Assembly: GCA_021836865.1 (NCBI GenBank)
Contig: JAKBHH010000004.1
Span: forward strand, 15,700 to 79,699
Direction: 5' to 3'
DNA: 64,000 nt
From: Acidobacteriota bacterium
GTDB taxonomy: Bacteria; Acidobacteriota; Terriglobia; Terriglobales; Acidobacteriaceae
Within the stretch, counting starts at the first letter, position 1. Each line of letters opens with the position of its first letter. Positions 36,410 through 45,988 of the stretch are shown here, piece after piece. The notes below the pieces were generated by a model. That model was not told the DNA's origin. It did not search any database and was given only the letters and a program-made list of their open reading frames with translations. Position numbers and translations under genes: made by a program.

Positions 36410-38245
36410 GTGAAATCGAGATCAAAGGAAGTCTGGCTTGCCGTCCTCGCTGCCCCTCTTTTAGTGGCAGCAACATCGCTGGCATGGGCCGGCGCCGGGC
36501 AAGCGCGCGACACCGTCGCCGCTCCACCCCCGTCCACGGGCGGCGTCTACCCGCTGAGCCAGGTGCATCGCGGGCTGATGGCCACCGCCTGGACTGTGTT
36601 CGAAGGGACAAAACCGGAGCCGATGCAGGTGGAGATTCTGGGCGTGCTGCGCGGCGCGCGCGGTCCCGGCCATGACATGATTCTGGCGCGGCTCCGAGGG
36701 GCCAGACCGGAATACACGGGCGTCGTTGCAGGAATGAGCGGCAGCCCCGTCTATGTGGGTAACAAACTGCTCGGCTCCCTCTCCTATCGCATCGGACAAT
36801 TCAGCAAGGAGCCCATCGCAGGCATCACGCCCATCGAGCAGATGATGGAGGTTCGCAACCTGCCCATTGCAGCGCAGGCGCGTGAAGCCGGTGCCGCAGA
36901 CTCCGCAACCAACCCCTCCGGCGACGGCATGACCTTCCAGGCCATGGAAACTCCGCTGGTCATGAGCGGATTCCGCCCCGAGGCCATTGCCCTGTGGCAG
37001 AAGAAGATGGCCGGTACAGGCATGGAGATGGTGGCCGCCGGAGGCACCGGCGAAACCTCCGCCGCCCAGCCGGAGAGCGACGCCGCCGCGCGCGCCGGCA
37101 TCGAGCCCGGCAGCGCCGTCAGCGCGCAACTGGTGCGCGGCGACCTTGAGATCTCCGCCACCTGCACGGTCACCTACGTGGACCCGAAGCAACTGCTGGC
37201 CTGTGGGCACCCCATTCTCCAGGCCGGCCCCATCTCGCTCCCCATGACCGCGACAGAGGTTGTCGCAACTCTCGCCTCGCCTCTCAATGCCTTCAAGATT
37301 GTGAATACCGGCGCAACCATCGGCGCATTCACTGAGGATCGCGATTCCGCCATACGCGGCGTCTTCGGCGCCAAAGCGCGGATGATTCCGGTGCGTCTCG
37401 AAACCCACTCCGGAGCCACCGACAAAACGCTGCACTTTGAAGTGCTCGATCTCCCCTCGCTCACGCCGCAGGCCGTCATGGTGTCCATCTACAATTCCTT
37501 GCTGCAAACCAACCTCAGCACCGCAGATACCAGCTATCACGTGACGGGCAGCATCCGCATCGACGGGCACGAACCGGCCCCGGTCGATGTTTGGGCACCG
37601 GCCGGCGAGACCGCTCCTGCGCAACTGCTCGCCGCCATGCAGACCGGCGAGCAGTTTGCCGACCTCTACGCCAATGGATCCCGCCAGGGTGCGATCCAAT
37701 CAATCGACCTGCAGGTCGACGCCGTTCCGCGCAACGTGCAGGTAGAACTCGAATCTGCCCGCATCGTTTCAGGAGACATCGTTCACGCCGGCGACACCGT
37801 CCTGGTAGAAGCTACGCTGCGACCCTGGCAGCAACCGGCACGCAACATACGCATCCCGGTTACGCTGCCCCCGCGCCTAGGCCAAGGCAATCTCCGTCTG
37901 CTTGTCTCCGACGCCGCTACCCTGGACCGCGCACTCGACCCGCCCCGCTTCAACGCCGGGGCCGACGACCTGGATGCGGACCTGGCGCGCGCACGCCAGA
38001 GACACCGCGGAGACCGGCTCTACGTGGCACTTTTGACTCCGGAGGCGCAGGGCGAGATTGAGGGCCACACGCTGGCCGGTATGCCACTCTCCATGGCCAA
38101 TGCGCTCGAACCCATGCGCGCGGCCCAGGGCACAAACCTGAACGGCGAATCGGCGCTGGTTGCCGGCCAGGCGTCCGCCGGCGGCGCGCTCTCGGGCTTC
38201 AAGGTGCTCAACGTGCATATTGAATCCGGCGGCGGGTTACACTGA
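36410..38245 (+). CDS. SpoIVB/S55-like serine peptidase domain protein, secreted
   Basis: Signal peptide after GTG 36410 ('VKSRSKEVWLAVLAAPLLVAATSLAWA'). 'VEILGVLRGA...GVVAGMSGSPVYVGNKLLGSLSY' resembles the S55 peptidase serine region. The start is uncertain, with ATG 36338 and the ORF start 36320 as alternatives. Confidence 0.6.
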   Translation: MKSRSKEVWLAVLAAPLLVAATSLAWAGAGQARDTVAAPPPSTGGVYPLSQVHRGLMATAWTVFEGTKPEPMQVEILGVLRGARGPGHDMILARLRGARPEYTGVVAGMSGSPVYVGNKLLGSLSYRIGQFSKEPIAGITPIEQMMEVRNLPIAAQAREAGAADSATNPSGDGMTFQAMETPLVMSGFRPEAIALWQKKMAGTGMEMVAAGGTGETSAAQPESDAAARAGIEPGSAVSAQLVRGDLEISATCTVTYVDPKQLLACGHPILQAGPISLPMTATEVVATLASPLNAFKIVNTGATIGAFTEDRDSAIRGVFGAKARMIPVRLETHSGATDKTLHFEVLDLPSLTPQAVMVSIYNSLLQTNLSTADTSYHVTGSIRIDGHEPAPVDVWAPAGETAPAQLLAAMQTGEQFADLYANGSRQGAIQSIDLQVDAVPRNVQVELESARIVSGDIVHAGDTVLVEATLRPWQQPARNIRIPVTLPPRLGQGNLRLLVSDAATLDRALDPPRFNAGADDLDADLARARQRHRGDRLYVALLTPEAQGEIEGHTLAGMPLSMANALEPMRAAQGTNLNGESALVAGQASAGGALSGFKVLNVHIESGGGLH

Positions 38246-38342
38246 GTTGCAAGGGAAACGAATTCGCATTTCAAAAATCGGGGCTGCGATGCGCAATGCG
38301 GAACTGGCCGTTTGCAGCAAACAAGACGAGGACCGCGATACG

Positions 38343-39353
38343 ATGACGAGCCCTATTCAAGGACTGGCTGCTCACGCAGCGGGTGCAGAACTTTTGCCGT
38401 ATCGCTATGACCCGGGAAAGCTGGGGCCACAGGAAGTCGAAATCGGCATCTCGCACTGTGGCATTTGTCATAGCGACCTTCATTTGATCGCCAACGATTG
38501 GGGATTGAGCCAGTACCCATTCATTCCCGGCCATGAAGTCATTGGAACCGTGACGGGGCTAGGCGCCGACGTGCTTTCGCTCAAGGTGGGCCAGCGCGTG
38601 GGCCTGGGCTGGCAGTCAAACTCCTGCGGCCAGTGCGAGTGGTGCACGCGCGGCATGGAAAATCTCTGCCCGGTCATGGAAGGCACCTGCCTGCACCGCA
38701 ACGGCGGCTATGCCGACAGGGTGCGCGCCAACGCACGCTTCGTGATTCCCGTTCCCGATGCCCTGCCCAGTGAACAGGCCGCGCCGCTGCTCTGCGGCGG
38801 CATCACCGTCTATACGCCGCTCCGCACGCATGGGGTTAACCCTTCATCCCGCGTGGGGGTCGTGGGCATCGGCGGACTCGGCCACATCGCCATCCAGTTT
38901 GCGCGCGTTTTCGGCGCGGAAGTAACGGCGTTCTCCACCTCCGCTGCCAAGGAAGAAGAGGCCCGCGGCCTGGGCGCAACTCACTTTGTGAACTCCCGCG
39001 AGACCAAGGCGATGCGCGAGGTGGCAGGCTCGCTGGACTTTATCCTGAGCACGGCAAACGCCGATCAGGACTGGAGCCTGTACATCCAGGCGCTCCGCCC
39101 CACTGGCACACTTTGCGTGGTCGGCGTACCGCCGTCGCCCATGGAGATTCCCGCCTTTCCGCTGATTGCGGGCGTGCGCTCTGTCACCGGCAGCCCCATC
39201 GGCAGTCCCTATCAGTTGCGCGAAATGCTCGATGTGGCCGCGCGGCATAGCGTCCGGGCCATGACCGAGACCTTCCCAATGGCCAAAGCCAATGAGGCCA
39301 TTGAAAAGGTAAAGAAGAACAAGGTGCGCTATCGCGCCGTATTGGCAAACTGA
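38343..39353 (+). CDS. NAD(P)-dependent zinc alcohol dehydrogenase (YahK/cinnamyl-ADH type)
   Basis: Contains 'CGICHSDLH', 'GHEVIGTV', 'CGQCEWCTRGMENLC' (structural Zn) and 'VGIGGLGH' (Rossmann). Collinear with E. coli YahK from memory. Confidence 0.9.
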   Translation: MTSPIQGLAAHAAGAELLPYRYDPGKLGPQEVEIGISHCGICHSDLHLIANDWGLSQYPFIPGHEVIGTVTGLGADVLSLKVGQRVGLGWQSNSCGQCEWCTRGMENLCPVMEGTCLHRNGGYADRVRANARFVIPVPDALPSEQAAPLLCGGITVYTPLRTHGVNPSSRVGVVGIGGLGHIAIQFARVFGAEVTAFSTSAAKEEEARGLGATHFVNSRETKAMREVAGSLDFILSTANADQDWSLYIQALRPTGTLCVVGVPPSPMEIPAFPLIAGVRSVTGSPIGSPYQLREMLDVAARHSVRAMTETFPMAKANEAIEKVKKNKVRYRAVLAN

Positions 39354-39399
39354 CCCTGCGGGGCCTGCGCCAGCGCGCCTCAGCACTCTGTGAGACTGG

Positions 39400-39783
39400 A
39401 TGATGACCGGCGTGCGCATCGATAAATGGCTCTGGGCGGCGCGCTTCTTCAAGACGCGCGCTCTCGCGTCCAAAGCCTGCGACCTGGGCCGGATACTCTC
39501 GAACAAGGTCGAGGTAAAGCCCGCACGCGAGGTCCGCGTGGGAGACATGTTGCATGTCCGCAACGAGGGCGGCGAGTTTGAACTTGAAGTGCTCGCGCTC
39601 AGTGAGATGCGCGGCCCCGCCGCCATCGCGCACACTCTTTATCGCGAAACCGAAGTCAGCCAGGCCGCGCGCATCCGCGTTGCTGAAGAACGCAAAGCCA
39701 TGCAGCAATACGCGCCGATGCCCGAGCGCAGGCCCGGCAAACGCGACCGCCGCCGCATTATCCAGTTCCGCAGCGGCGTCTGA
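39400..39783 (+). CDS. hslR: ribosome-associated heat-shock protein Hsp15 (S4 RNA-binding domain)
   Basis: Contains the 'RIDKWLWAARFFKTRALASKAC..G.....KVEVKPAREVRVGD' S4 motif and a basic C-terminal tail. Confidence 0.85.
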   Translation: MMTGVRIDKWLWAARFFKTRALASKACDLGRILSNKVEVKPAREVRVGDMLHVRNEGGEFELEVLALSEMRGPAAIAHTLYRETEVSQAARIRVAEERKAMQQYAPMPERRPGKRDRRRIIQFRSGV

Positions 39784-39850
39784 GCAGCACATGCACACGC
39801 CCGCGGCAGGCCGCGCAACATGGGCCTTCTCTAGTAGACTCAACGGCAGA

Positions 39851-42136
39851 ATGTGTCCTTTTCTGCGCCCTCTCTGCCGTCTTGTTTTGTCCGCCGCTGT
39901 TGTCCCCTTTGGCGCCGTCTTCATCGCGGCCACTGTCTCTTCGCTTCCTGCGCAGCAAACCCGCCTCTGGACCCAGTCGCGCTTTGAAGAGTTTGAAAAG
40001 GGCACGCCGCAAGGCGTCGCCATCGGCAGCGACGGACAGTTGCGCGAGGGGCCTGGCCTGCGCGAAAGGCTCACCACGCCCTCGACCTTCGTCTGGTCCG
40101 TCGCCGTAGACAAAAGCGGAACGGCATACCTCGGCACCGCCACGCCCGCCACCGTGCTTCGCGTAGACGCAAGCGGCAAGACATTCACGCTCTTTGAGAC
40201 CAAAGACGTGAGCGTTCAGGTCGTGCGCCTCGGCCCCGACGGCTCACTCTATGCAGCTACGTTGCCCGGCGGCAGGGTCTACAAACTCAATCCCGCCGCA
40301 ACCGTCAAGCAGGATGAGTCGAACGCGACCGTCGTGTTTGACGCCGGAAAGCTGGCCGATTCCAGCGCGGCTGACGGCAAAGCCAGCGAGCCAAAGCCCT
40401 CCGACAACAAGACGCATTACATCTGGGAGATGACCTTTGACACCGCGGGCAGGCTCTACATCGCCACCGGCGGCCCCGGCGCGGTCTATCGCGTGGACGT
40501 TTCCAAGCCGGGCGGCAAGCCGGAGGAGTTTTTCAAAAGCGACGAGCAGCACATTCGCTCGCTCGCCTGGGACGCGGCGGGCAATCTGATTGCCGGCTCA
40601 GACGGAAGCGGCCTCGTGTACCGCATCAGCCCGCAGGGCAAGGGCTATGTGCTGTTTGCCGCACCGCATCGCGAAATTACCGCCGTTGCCGTAGCCGCCG
40701 ATGGCGTCATCTACGCAGCAAGCGTCGGCGACAAGAGCCACAATCCGCTTCCCCCCCTGCCCGTGCAGGGCCTTGCGTCCATCACCATCACGGTGGTCCA
40801 GCCCGGTTCCCTGCAGGCGGCCAACACCAGCGCGTCCCTGCCGGAAGGCTCTGAGATTTACGCGTTGAAAGAAAACCAGGCCCCACGCAAACTCTGGGCC
40901 GGCAAGGATGAGGTGGTCTACGCACTCGCGGCGCAGGCCGACGGGCTGCTGGCCCTCAGCGGCAATCAGGGACGCATCCTGCGCATTCAGCCGGACGGCA
41001 GCTATTCCGATGTGGCCCATCTGCAGGCCCAGCAGGGACTGTGCCTCGCCGCCGGCCAGGGCACAGAGATGCTGATCGGCACCGGCAACACCGGCAAGCT
41101 GGCCGTGCTCGGCGCGGCGGAAAAACACGAGTACGCCAGCGACGTGTTGGATGCCGGCGCGCTCGCGCGCTTTGGCCGCGTCGAGATTGAACCGGACTCC
41201 GCCGGCTATGCCATCTCCACCCGCACCGGAAATGTCGAGCAGCCCGTCCGCGGCTGGAGCGACTGGGAGCCGCTCAAGGACGGCGCAGTGGCCTCACCCG
41301 CCGGCCGCTTCCTTCAGTGGAAGACCGTTCTACAACCGGGAGGCCATCTGGCCAGCGTCGGCGTCGATTATCTGCCCGTCAACTCAGCTCCCGTGGTGGA
41401 CGATCTGGTCGTCGCACCCGGCGCGCGCCTCAACGCCCAGGCACAGCAGGCCGGCCAGCAGACCGTCACCATCAGCTTTCCCGCAGCGGGCCAGGGCGCG
41501 GCAATCTCCTACGACGGAAGCGCGAGCGCGCCGCTCCAGGCCCAGAAGGACCGCTCTGCGATTACCGTGCGATGGGCCGCGCATGACGACGACGGCGACG
41601 ATCTGGCCTATGCGCTCTATCTGCGGGGCGACGGCGAGCATGTCTGGCGGCTGCTCAAAAAGAATCTCACGGACAAGGCTTACAGCTTTGACGCCGCTCT
41701 CATTCCCGACGGCGGCTATCAGATCAAGGTGGTGGCCAGCGATGCCCCCGCGCACACCCCCGGCGATGCACTCACCGGCGAGAAAATCAGCGAACGGTTT
41801 GAGGTGGATACGACGCCGCCCGTTGTCACCGCGCTCAAGGCCGAGCCGCATCCCCCAGCCTGCACCGCGCCCGCCTGCCCCGTGCACGTCACCTTTGAGG
41901 CCGAAGATGCCGCTTCGCCCATTGCCCACGCTGAGTACTCGCTCGACGCGGGACCATGGCAGTTCATTGCGCCCGTGGGAACCCTGTCCGACGCAAGACA
42001 TGAGCACTATGCCTTCGATCTGCCGGCGCCGTCTTCTCCAGACCAACCGGCCGAGCATCTGCTCACCGTCCGCATTTATGACCGCTATGACAACGTGGGC
42101 GCGGCCAAGATTGTCTTCAGTTCCACCGCGAAATAG
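39851..42136 (+). CDS. secreted beta-propeller-repeat protein with C-terminal Ig/FN3-like domains, hypothetical
   Basis: Signal peptide 'MCPFLRPLCRLVLSAAVVPFGAVFIAATVSSLPAQ'. Repeated 'DG.LYAA/GRLYIATG/GNLIAGSDG/DGVIYAAS' blade-like motifs. The C-terminal part ('VRWAAHDDDGDDLAYALYLRGDGE..W') looks FN3/Ig-like. ATG 39791 is an alternative start. Confidence 0.55.
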   Translation: MCPFLRPLCRLVLSAAVVPFGAVFIAATVSSLPAQQTRLWTQSRFEEFEKGTPQGVAIGSDGQLREGPGLRERLTTPSTFVWSVAVDKSGTAYLGTATPATVLRVDASGKTFTLFETKDVSVQVVRLGPDGSLYAATLPGGRVYKLNPAATVKQDESNATVVFDAGKLADSSAADGKASEPKPSDNKTHYIWEMTFDTAGRLYIATGGPGAVYRVDVSKPGGKPEEFFKSDEQHIRSLAWDAAGNLIAGSDGSGLVYRISPQGKGYVLFAAPHREITAVAVAADGVIYAASVGDKSHNPLPPLPVQGLASITITVVQPGSLQAANTSASLPEGSEIYALKENQAPRKLWAGKDEVVYALAAQADGLLALSGNQGRILRIQPDGSYSDVAHLQAQQGLCLAAGQGTEMLIGTGNTGKLAVLGAAEKHEYASDVLDAGALARFGRVEIEPDSAGYAISTRTGNVEQPVRGWSDWEPLKDGAVASPAGRFLQWKTVLQPGGHLASVGVDYLPVNSAPVVDDLVVAPGARLNAQAQQAGQQTVTISFPAAGQGAAISYDGSASAPLQAQKDRSAITVRWAAHDDDGDDLAYALYLRGDGEHVWRLLKKNLTDKAYSFDAALIPDGGYQIKVVASDAPAHTPGDALTGEKISERFEVDTTPPVVTALKAEPHPPACTAPACPVHVTFEAEDAASPIAHAEYSLDAGPWQFIAPVGTLSDARHEHYAFDLPAPSSPDQPAEHLLTVRIYDRYDNVGAAKIVFSSTAK

Positions 42137-42147
42137 GCGAGAGCACC

Positions 42148-43437
42148 ATGCGATTTGAACTGTTTGTGGCGGCGCGTTACCTCAGGGCCAAGCGACGGCA
42201 GGCCGTGGTCGGCGTCGTCACCAGCATCTCGATCGCAGGGGTCGCAGCGGGTGTCGCCGCGCTCATCATCGCCCTCGCCATCACCAACGGAATGCGGCGC
42301 GACCTGCAGGACAAGCTGCTCGGCGCTTCGTCGCAGGTAGACCTGATGCGCGTCGCGGCCGATGGCATCCGCGACTGGCGGCCGCTGGTCGAGCGCCTCC
42401 GCCACGTCCCCCATGTCACTGCAGCCGCGCCTGGCCTCTACGGGCAGGTGCTCGTCTCGCGCGGCCCCCATGCGGGCTTTGCCCTCATCAAGGGCGTAGT
42501 CCCAGCAGAAGAGCTCACGGTCAGCAATCTGCTCGATTCCGTCACCGCCGGCTCGGCTAGGGAACTCAACCCGGAGGCGCAACCGGAACCTGCAAAGCCG
42601 GGCGCAACGGGTGCCGATACCCTGCCCCTGCCCGTCGATCAAGGCTATCCCCCACTGGTCATGGGCAAGGATCTCGCCGAGCAGATTGGCGCGCAGGCCG
42701 GCGACACCGTGCTCATCACCAGCCCCCAGGGCGAACTCACGCCGCTCGGGCTCGCTCCCAAATACCAGCGCTTCCGCGTGGTGGGCATCTTCCACTCCGG
42801 CTTCTACCAGTACGACTCCGCCATGGCCTATATGCGCCTCAGCGATGCGCAGCGCCTCTTCAGCGAGCCGGACCTGCTCTCCGTCATCAGCTTCAAGGTC
42901 GACGACATGGAGCGCGCGCCCCAGATCGGCACAGCGATCGAGCAGGCCGCGGGCAAGGGCTTCATGTCCACGAACTGGATCGAGCAGAATCGCCCGCTCT
43001 TTCGCGCCCTCAAAGAAGAGCAAGTCGTCACCTTCATCGTCATCGCGCTCATCGTCATCGTGGCCGCGCTCAACATCCTCATCGCGCTGACTATGATGGT
43101 GATGGAAAAAACACGCGATATCGCCGTCCTGATGAGCTTCGGTGTCGAGCCCGGCCAAGTGCGCCGTATCTTCCTTCTGCAAGGCCTGCTCATCAGCCTC
43201 ATCGGAACCGCCCTCGGTGTCGCGCTCGGCTATCTCGCCTCCTGGGCCGGCGGACACTACCACTTCATCCACCTCTCCGCAGAGGTCTACTCCATCGACA
43301 CGTTGCCCTTCGCGCCGCGCCCGCTCGACGGTCTGATTGTCTCAGTTGTCTCGATCGGAATCTCCCTGCTCGTCACGCTCTATCCGTCCGCCGCTGCTGC
43401 GCGAATCCTGCCCGCCGATGCGCTCCGCTACGAGTAG
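42148..43437 (+). CDS. lipoprotein-releasing system permease (LolC/LolE, FtsX/MacB-type)
   Basis: Starts 'MRFELFVAARYLRAKRRQ', the classic LolC/E N-terminus. Has a periplasmic MacB-like domain and a C-terminal FtsX 3-TM bundle ending 'AARILPADALRYE'. Confidence 0.85.
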   Translation: MRFELFVAARYLRAKRRQAVVGVVTSISIAGVAAGVAALIIALAITNGMRRDLQDKLLGASSQVDLMRVAADGIRDWRPLVERLRHVPHVTAAAPGLYGQVLVSRGPHAGFALIKGVVPAEELTVSNLLDSVTAGSARELNPEAQPEPAKPGATGADTLPLPVDQGYPPLVMGKDLAEQIGAQAGDTVLITSPQGELTPLGLAPKYQRFRVVGIFHSGFYQYDSAMAYMRLSDAQRLFSEPDLLSVISFKVDDMERAPQIGTAIEQAAGKGFMSTNWIEQNRPLFRALKEEQVVTFIVIALIVIVAALNILIALTMMVMEKTRDIAVLMSFGVEPGQVRRIFLLQGLLISLIGTALGVALGYLASWAGGHYHFIHLSAEVYSIDTLPFAPRPLDGLIVSVVSIGISLLVTLYPSAAAARILPADALRYE

Positions 43438-43452
43438 AGTCTCGCGGCGCCC

Positions 43453-43650
43453 TTACTGCGGCGTGATGATGCCCCCCACCGCGTGGCGGCGTGGCAGCAC
43501 AATCCCGCGATGATCCACCTCAGCCTTGATGTGTTCCACGGATACAGGCAGATCGGGCCGGGTCTGCAGCGCACCGCCGCAGGCCGGGCACCAGTCAGGT
43601 TGCGTGTCAAGGGCAAGCACGGCATGGCATTGGTTGCAGATGTACTCCAT
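43453..43650 (-). CDS. small zinc-ribbon protein, hypothetical
   Basis: 65 aa with a 'CNQC...CPACGG' pair of CxxC knuckles. Codon usage is compatible with a real gene. Confidence 0.4.
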   Translation of the reverse strand: MEYICNQCHAVLALDTQPDWCPACGGALQTRPDLPVSVEHIKAEVDHRGIVLPRRHAVGGIITPQ

Positions 43651-43685
43651 ATATCCAGTGTAACGAACCTGTTACCCAACCAAGA

Positions 43686-44213
43686 CTATGCCGCTGGCTT
43701 GACCTGCCCCGCAATGTCTCGTCCCCACGCCCGTATCGCCGCCCAATCGCGAATGTCCCCGGACGGGAATTTGCGGATTGCAGATGAGGGCAGGTGACGC
43801 AGCAGGCTGTAGGGAAAGGGCAGATGTTGAAGGTCAAATCTGCCCCCCAGAATACGCAGCTCAGCCGGATGGAACCATGGGTAGGAGGCCAGTTGTCTCA
43901 AGGCCTGCTGGCGTGCCGCGTCGAAATCCTTCGGCCTGTTCTCCGTGGGTCCTATCGCAAAGAACCAGGATCGCAGCCCGGCGAGCTCCTCGCGATGATG
44001 CGCCAGGAACCGATGCAGATCACGCGGGAACCGTCCGATGTAGAGCGGGGCGCCCAGAATGATCGCAGTCCAGTTCTGTAGCGACTCCACGCATTGCATG
44101 GGCTGCACCGACACCATTACGCCGCGGTCCCGCAAGCCGACTCCAAGGGCCTCGGCAATTTCAGCGGTTGATCCACCTCGTGTTGTGTAAGCAATCAAAA
44201 CTTCGGGCAGCAT
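43686..44213 (-). CDS. flavodoxin-domain protein (HemG-like)
   Basis: Contains 'VLIAYTTRGGSTAEIAE' (FMN phosphate loop) and 'IILGAPLYIGRFPRDLHRFL'. Length and layout resemble menaquinone-dependent protoporphyrinogen oxidase HemG-type flavodoxins. Confidence 0.65.
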   Translation of the reverse strand: MLPEVLIAYTTRGGSTAEIAEALGVGLRDRGVMVSVQPMQCVESLQNWTAIILGAPLYIGRFPRDLHRFLAHHREELAGLRSWFFAIGPTENRPKDFDAARQQALRQLASYPWFHPAELRILGGRFDLQHLPFPYSLLRHLPSSAIRKFPSGDIRDWAAIRAWGRDIAGQVKPAA

Positions 44214-44321
44214 GACACACCCCCATTAATTGTTGCGCCATTGCATGATATGGAGCCTGTGCCTGCGGTCACAGGCGGATGTCCACGAAGGTGGCCTGAA
44301 GCAGCGCTTCCCGAGTTCCAG

Positions 44322-45227
44322 ATGAACACCCGGTACACTGGAGATATGCACCCCCCGGTTCGCCTGGTTGCCATCGACATGGACGGCACGCTGCTGCCGA
44401 CGTTTTCTCAGCAAATAAGCAGCCGCAACGCGCAGGCGCTCAAGGCCGCGCAGGAAGCCGGGATTGTCGTCGCCATCGCAACCGGCCGTCGCCAGGCATA
44501 CAGCGCGCCCATCTTCGACGGCCTCGGCCTGCGAGCGGATATGCCCCTTCTGACGTCCAATGGTGCAGTGACACGCACGCTGGCCGGCCAGCCGCTGGAC
44601 CGGAGCCATATGGATGCCAAGGTGGCGCGTGCCTTGTGCGGCCTGCTGCGGCCCTTCGGTGCGGTGGTCTTTACCTTTGACCACGAAGGACCCGGTGAAC
44701 TGGTATTGGAAGATTTGGAGCAGACCCATGGCCGCATCGCTCTCTGGGTGGATACGAACCGGAAGTCGATCGCAGTGGTAAAACCGCTTGAGGATGCTCT
44801 GCAGGACGGCAATGACCCGATCCAGGGCATGGTCGCCGGCGGCCTGAGCAAGATGCGTCATGCAGAAAAGGCGCTCAAGGAAAGCTCGTGGAACAACGCC
44901 TGCGCCTGCATCCGCACGGAGTATCCGGGCCGCGACTTGTCGATTCTCGATCTGCTGCCGCCCGGTGTTTCCAAGGGCTGGGCGCTCCAGCGCCTCGCGG
45001 CGCGCCTCGGCATCAACCGCAAAGAGACCATGGCGATTGGCGATAACTGGAACGACGTGGATATGCTGGAGTGGGCCGGGCAAAGCGTGATGATGGGCAA
45101 TGCCGCGCAGGAGCTGCGCATGATGGCTAAAATGCGTGGATGGAAGCAGGCTCCACCCAACGATGAAGACGGTGTCGCCGTGGTGCTTGAGAAAGCTGTG
45201 GCGAAGCGCGCCGCGGCTGGAGTGTGA
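44322..45227 (+). CDS. Cof-type HAD-IIB family hydrolase
   Basis: Contains 'VAIDMDGTLL' (motif I), 'IATGR' and 'GDNWNDVDMLEWAG' (motif IV). ATG 44346 is an alternative start. The longest ORF starts at 44241. Confidence 0.8.
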   Translation: MNTRYTGDMHPPVRLVAIDMDGTLLPTFSQQISSRNAQALKAAQEAGIVVAIATGRRQAYSAPIFDGLGLRADMPLLTSNGAVTRTLAGQPLDRSHMDAKVARALCGLLRPFGAVVFTFDHEGPGELVLEDLEQTHGRIALWVDTNRKSIAVVKPLEDALQDGNDPIQGMVAGGLSKMRHAEKALKESSWNNACACIRTEYPGRDLSILDLLPPGVSKGWALQRLAARLGINRKETMAIGDNWNDVDMLEWAGQSVMMGNAAQELRMMAKMRGWKQAPPNDEDGVAVVLEKAVAKRAAAGV

Positions 45228-45949
45228 TTGGAATGCAGTGGCAACGAGCCATCTCTCTCGCAGCGGCAGTGGTCGCACTGGCCCTGCCCGTCGGGGCAGC
45301 CGAGCAGGCCACGCTCACCAATGGCTTCACCCTGCGCTGCGACCACCATGCCCTGGTGGATGGCCATGTGCGCCTCTACCTGAGCGCGGGCGAGAGCAAC
45401 TTTATCGCCCTCCCGCCAAATGATATCCAGTCCATCGCCCGCCTGCCCGACCCGCCGCAGCCTCAAGCTGCCGCCGCGCACCCCGCCGCGATAGATGCCA
45501 ACCTGAGCAAGGCGGACCTGCACGAGATGCTCGCCGAGGCGGGCCAGACCCACAACCTTGATGTGGACCTGCTGGCCAGCGTGGTCAAGGCTGAGAGCGG
45601 CGGCAATGCGCGCGCCGTCAGTCCGGCGGGCGCACGCGGCCTCATGCAGCTCATGCCCGCCACAGCAACCGATCTCGGCGTGGCAGACACCTTCCAGCCG
45701 AATGAAAATGTGCGCGGCGGCTCCGCCTACCTTGATGCCTTGCTGACCCGCTATCACGACAGTCTCGCCTTGGCGCTGGCCGCCTACAACGCCGGCCCGA
45801 CCGCCGTGGACAAGTATCACGGCATCCCGCCCTACCGCGAGACCCGTGCCTACGTCGCGCGGGTGATTCACGAGTTCAACCGCCGCGTGCTTGCGCGCGA
45901 GGCACGGCAGCGGCAGGTCAGCGCCTCTGCTGCGTCGCTCCCCCATTAG
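45224..45949 (+). CDS. lytic transglycosylase (SLT domain) protein
   Basis: Signal peptide, then 'LLASVVKAESGGNARAVSPAGARGLMQLMPATA' (catalytic Glu) and 'AYNAGPTAV'. The GTG start overlaps the HAD gene stop (GTGA). ATG 45233 is an alternative. Confidence 0.85.
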   Translation: MIGMQWQRAISLAAAVVALALPVGAAEQATLTNGFTLRCDHHALVDGHVRLYLSAGESNFIALPPNDIQSIARLPDPPQPQAAAAHPAAIDANLSKADLHEMLAEAGQTHNLDVDLLASVVKAESGGNARAVSPAGARGLMQLMPATATDLGVADTFQPNENVRGGSAYLDALLTRYHDSLALALAAYNAGPTAVDKYHGIPPYRETRAYVARVIHEFNRRVLAREARQRQVSASAASLPH

Positions 45950-45988
45950 AAGAATCGTCATCTCTGGGGTCTTGCCCATAGAATCTCT

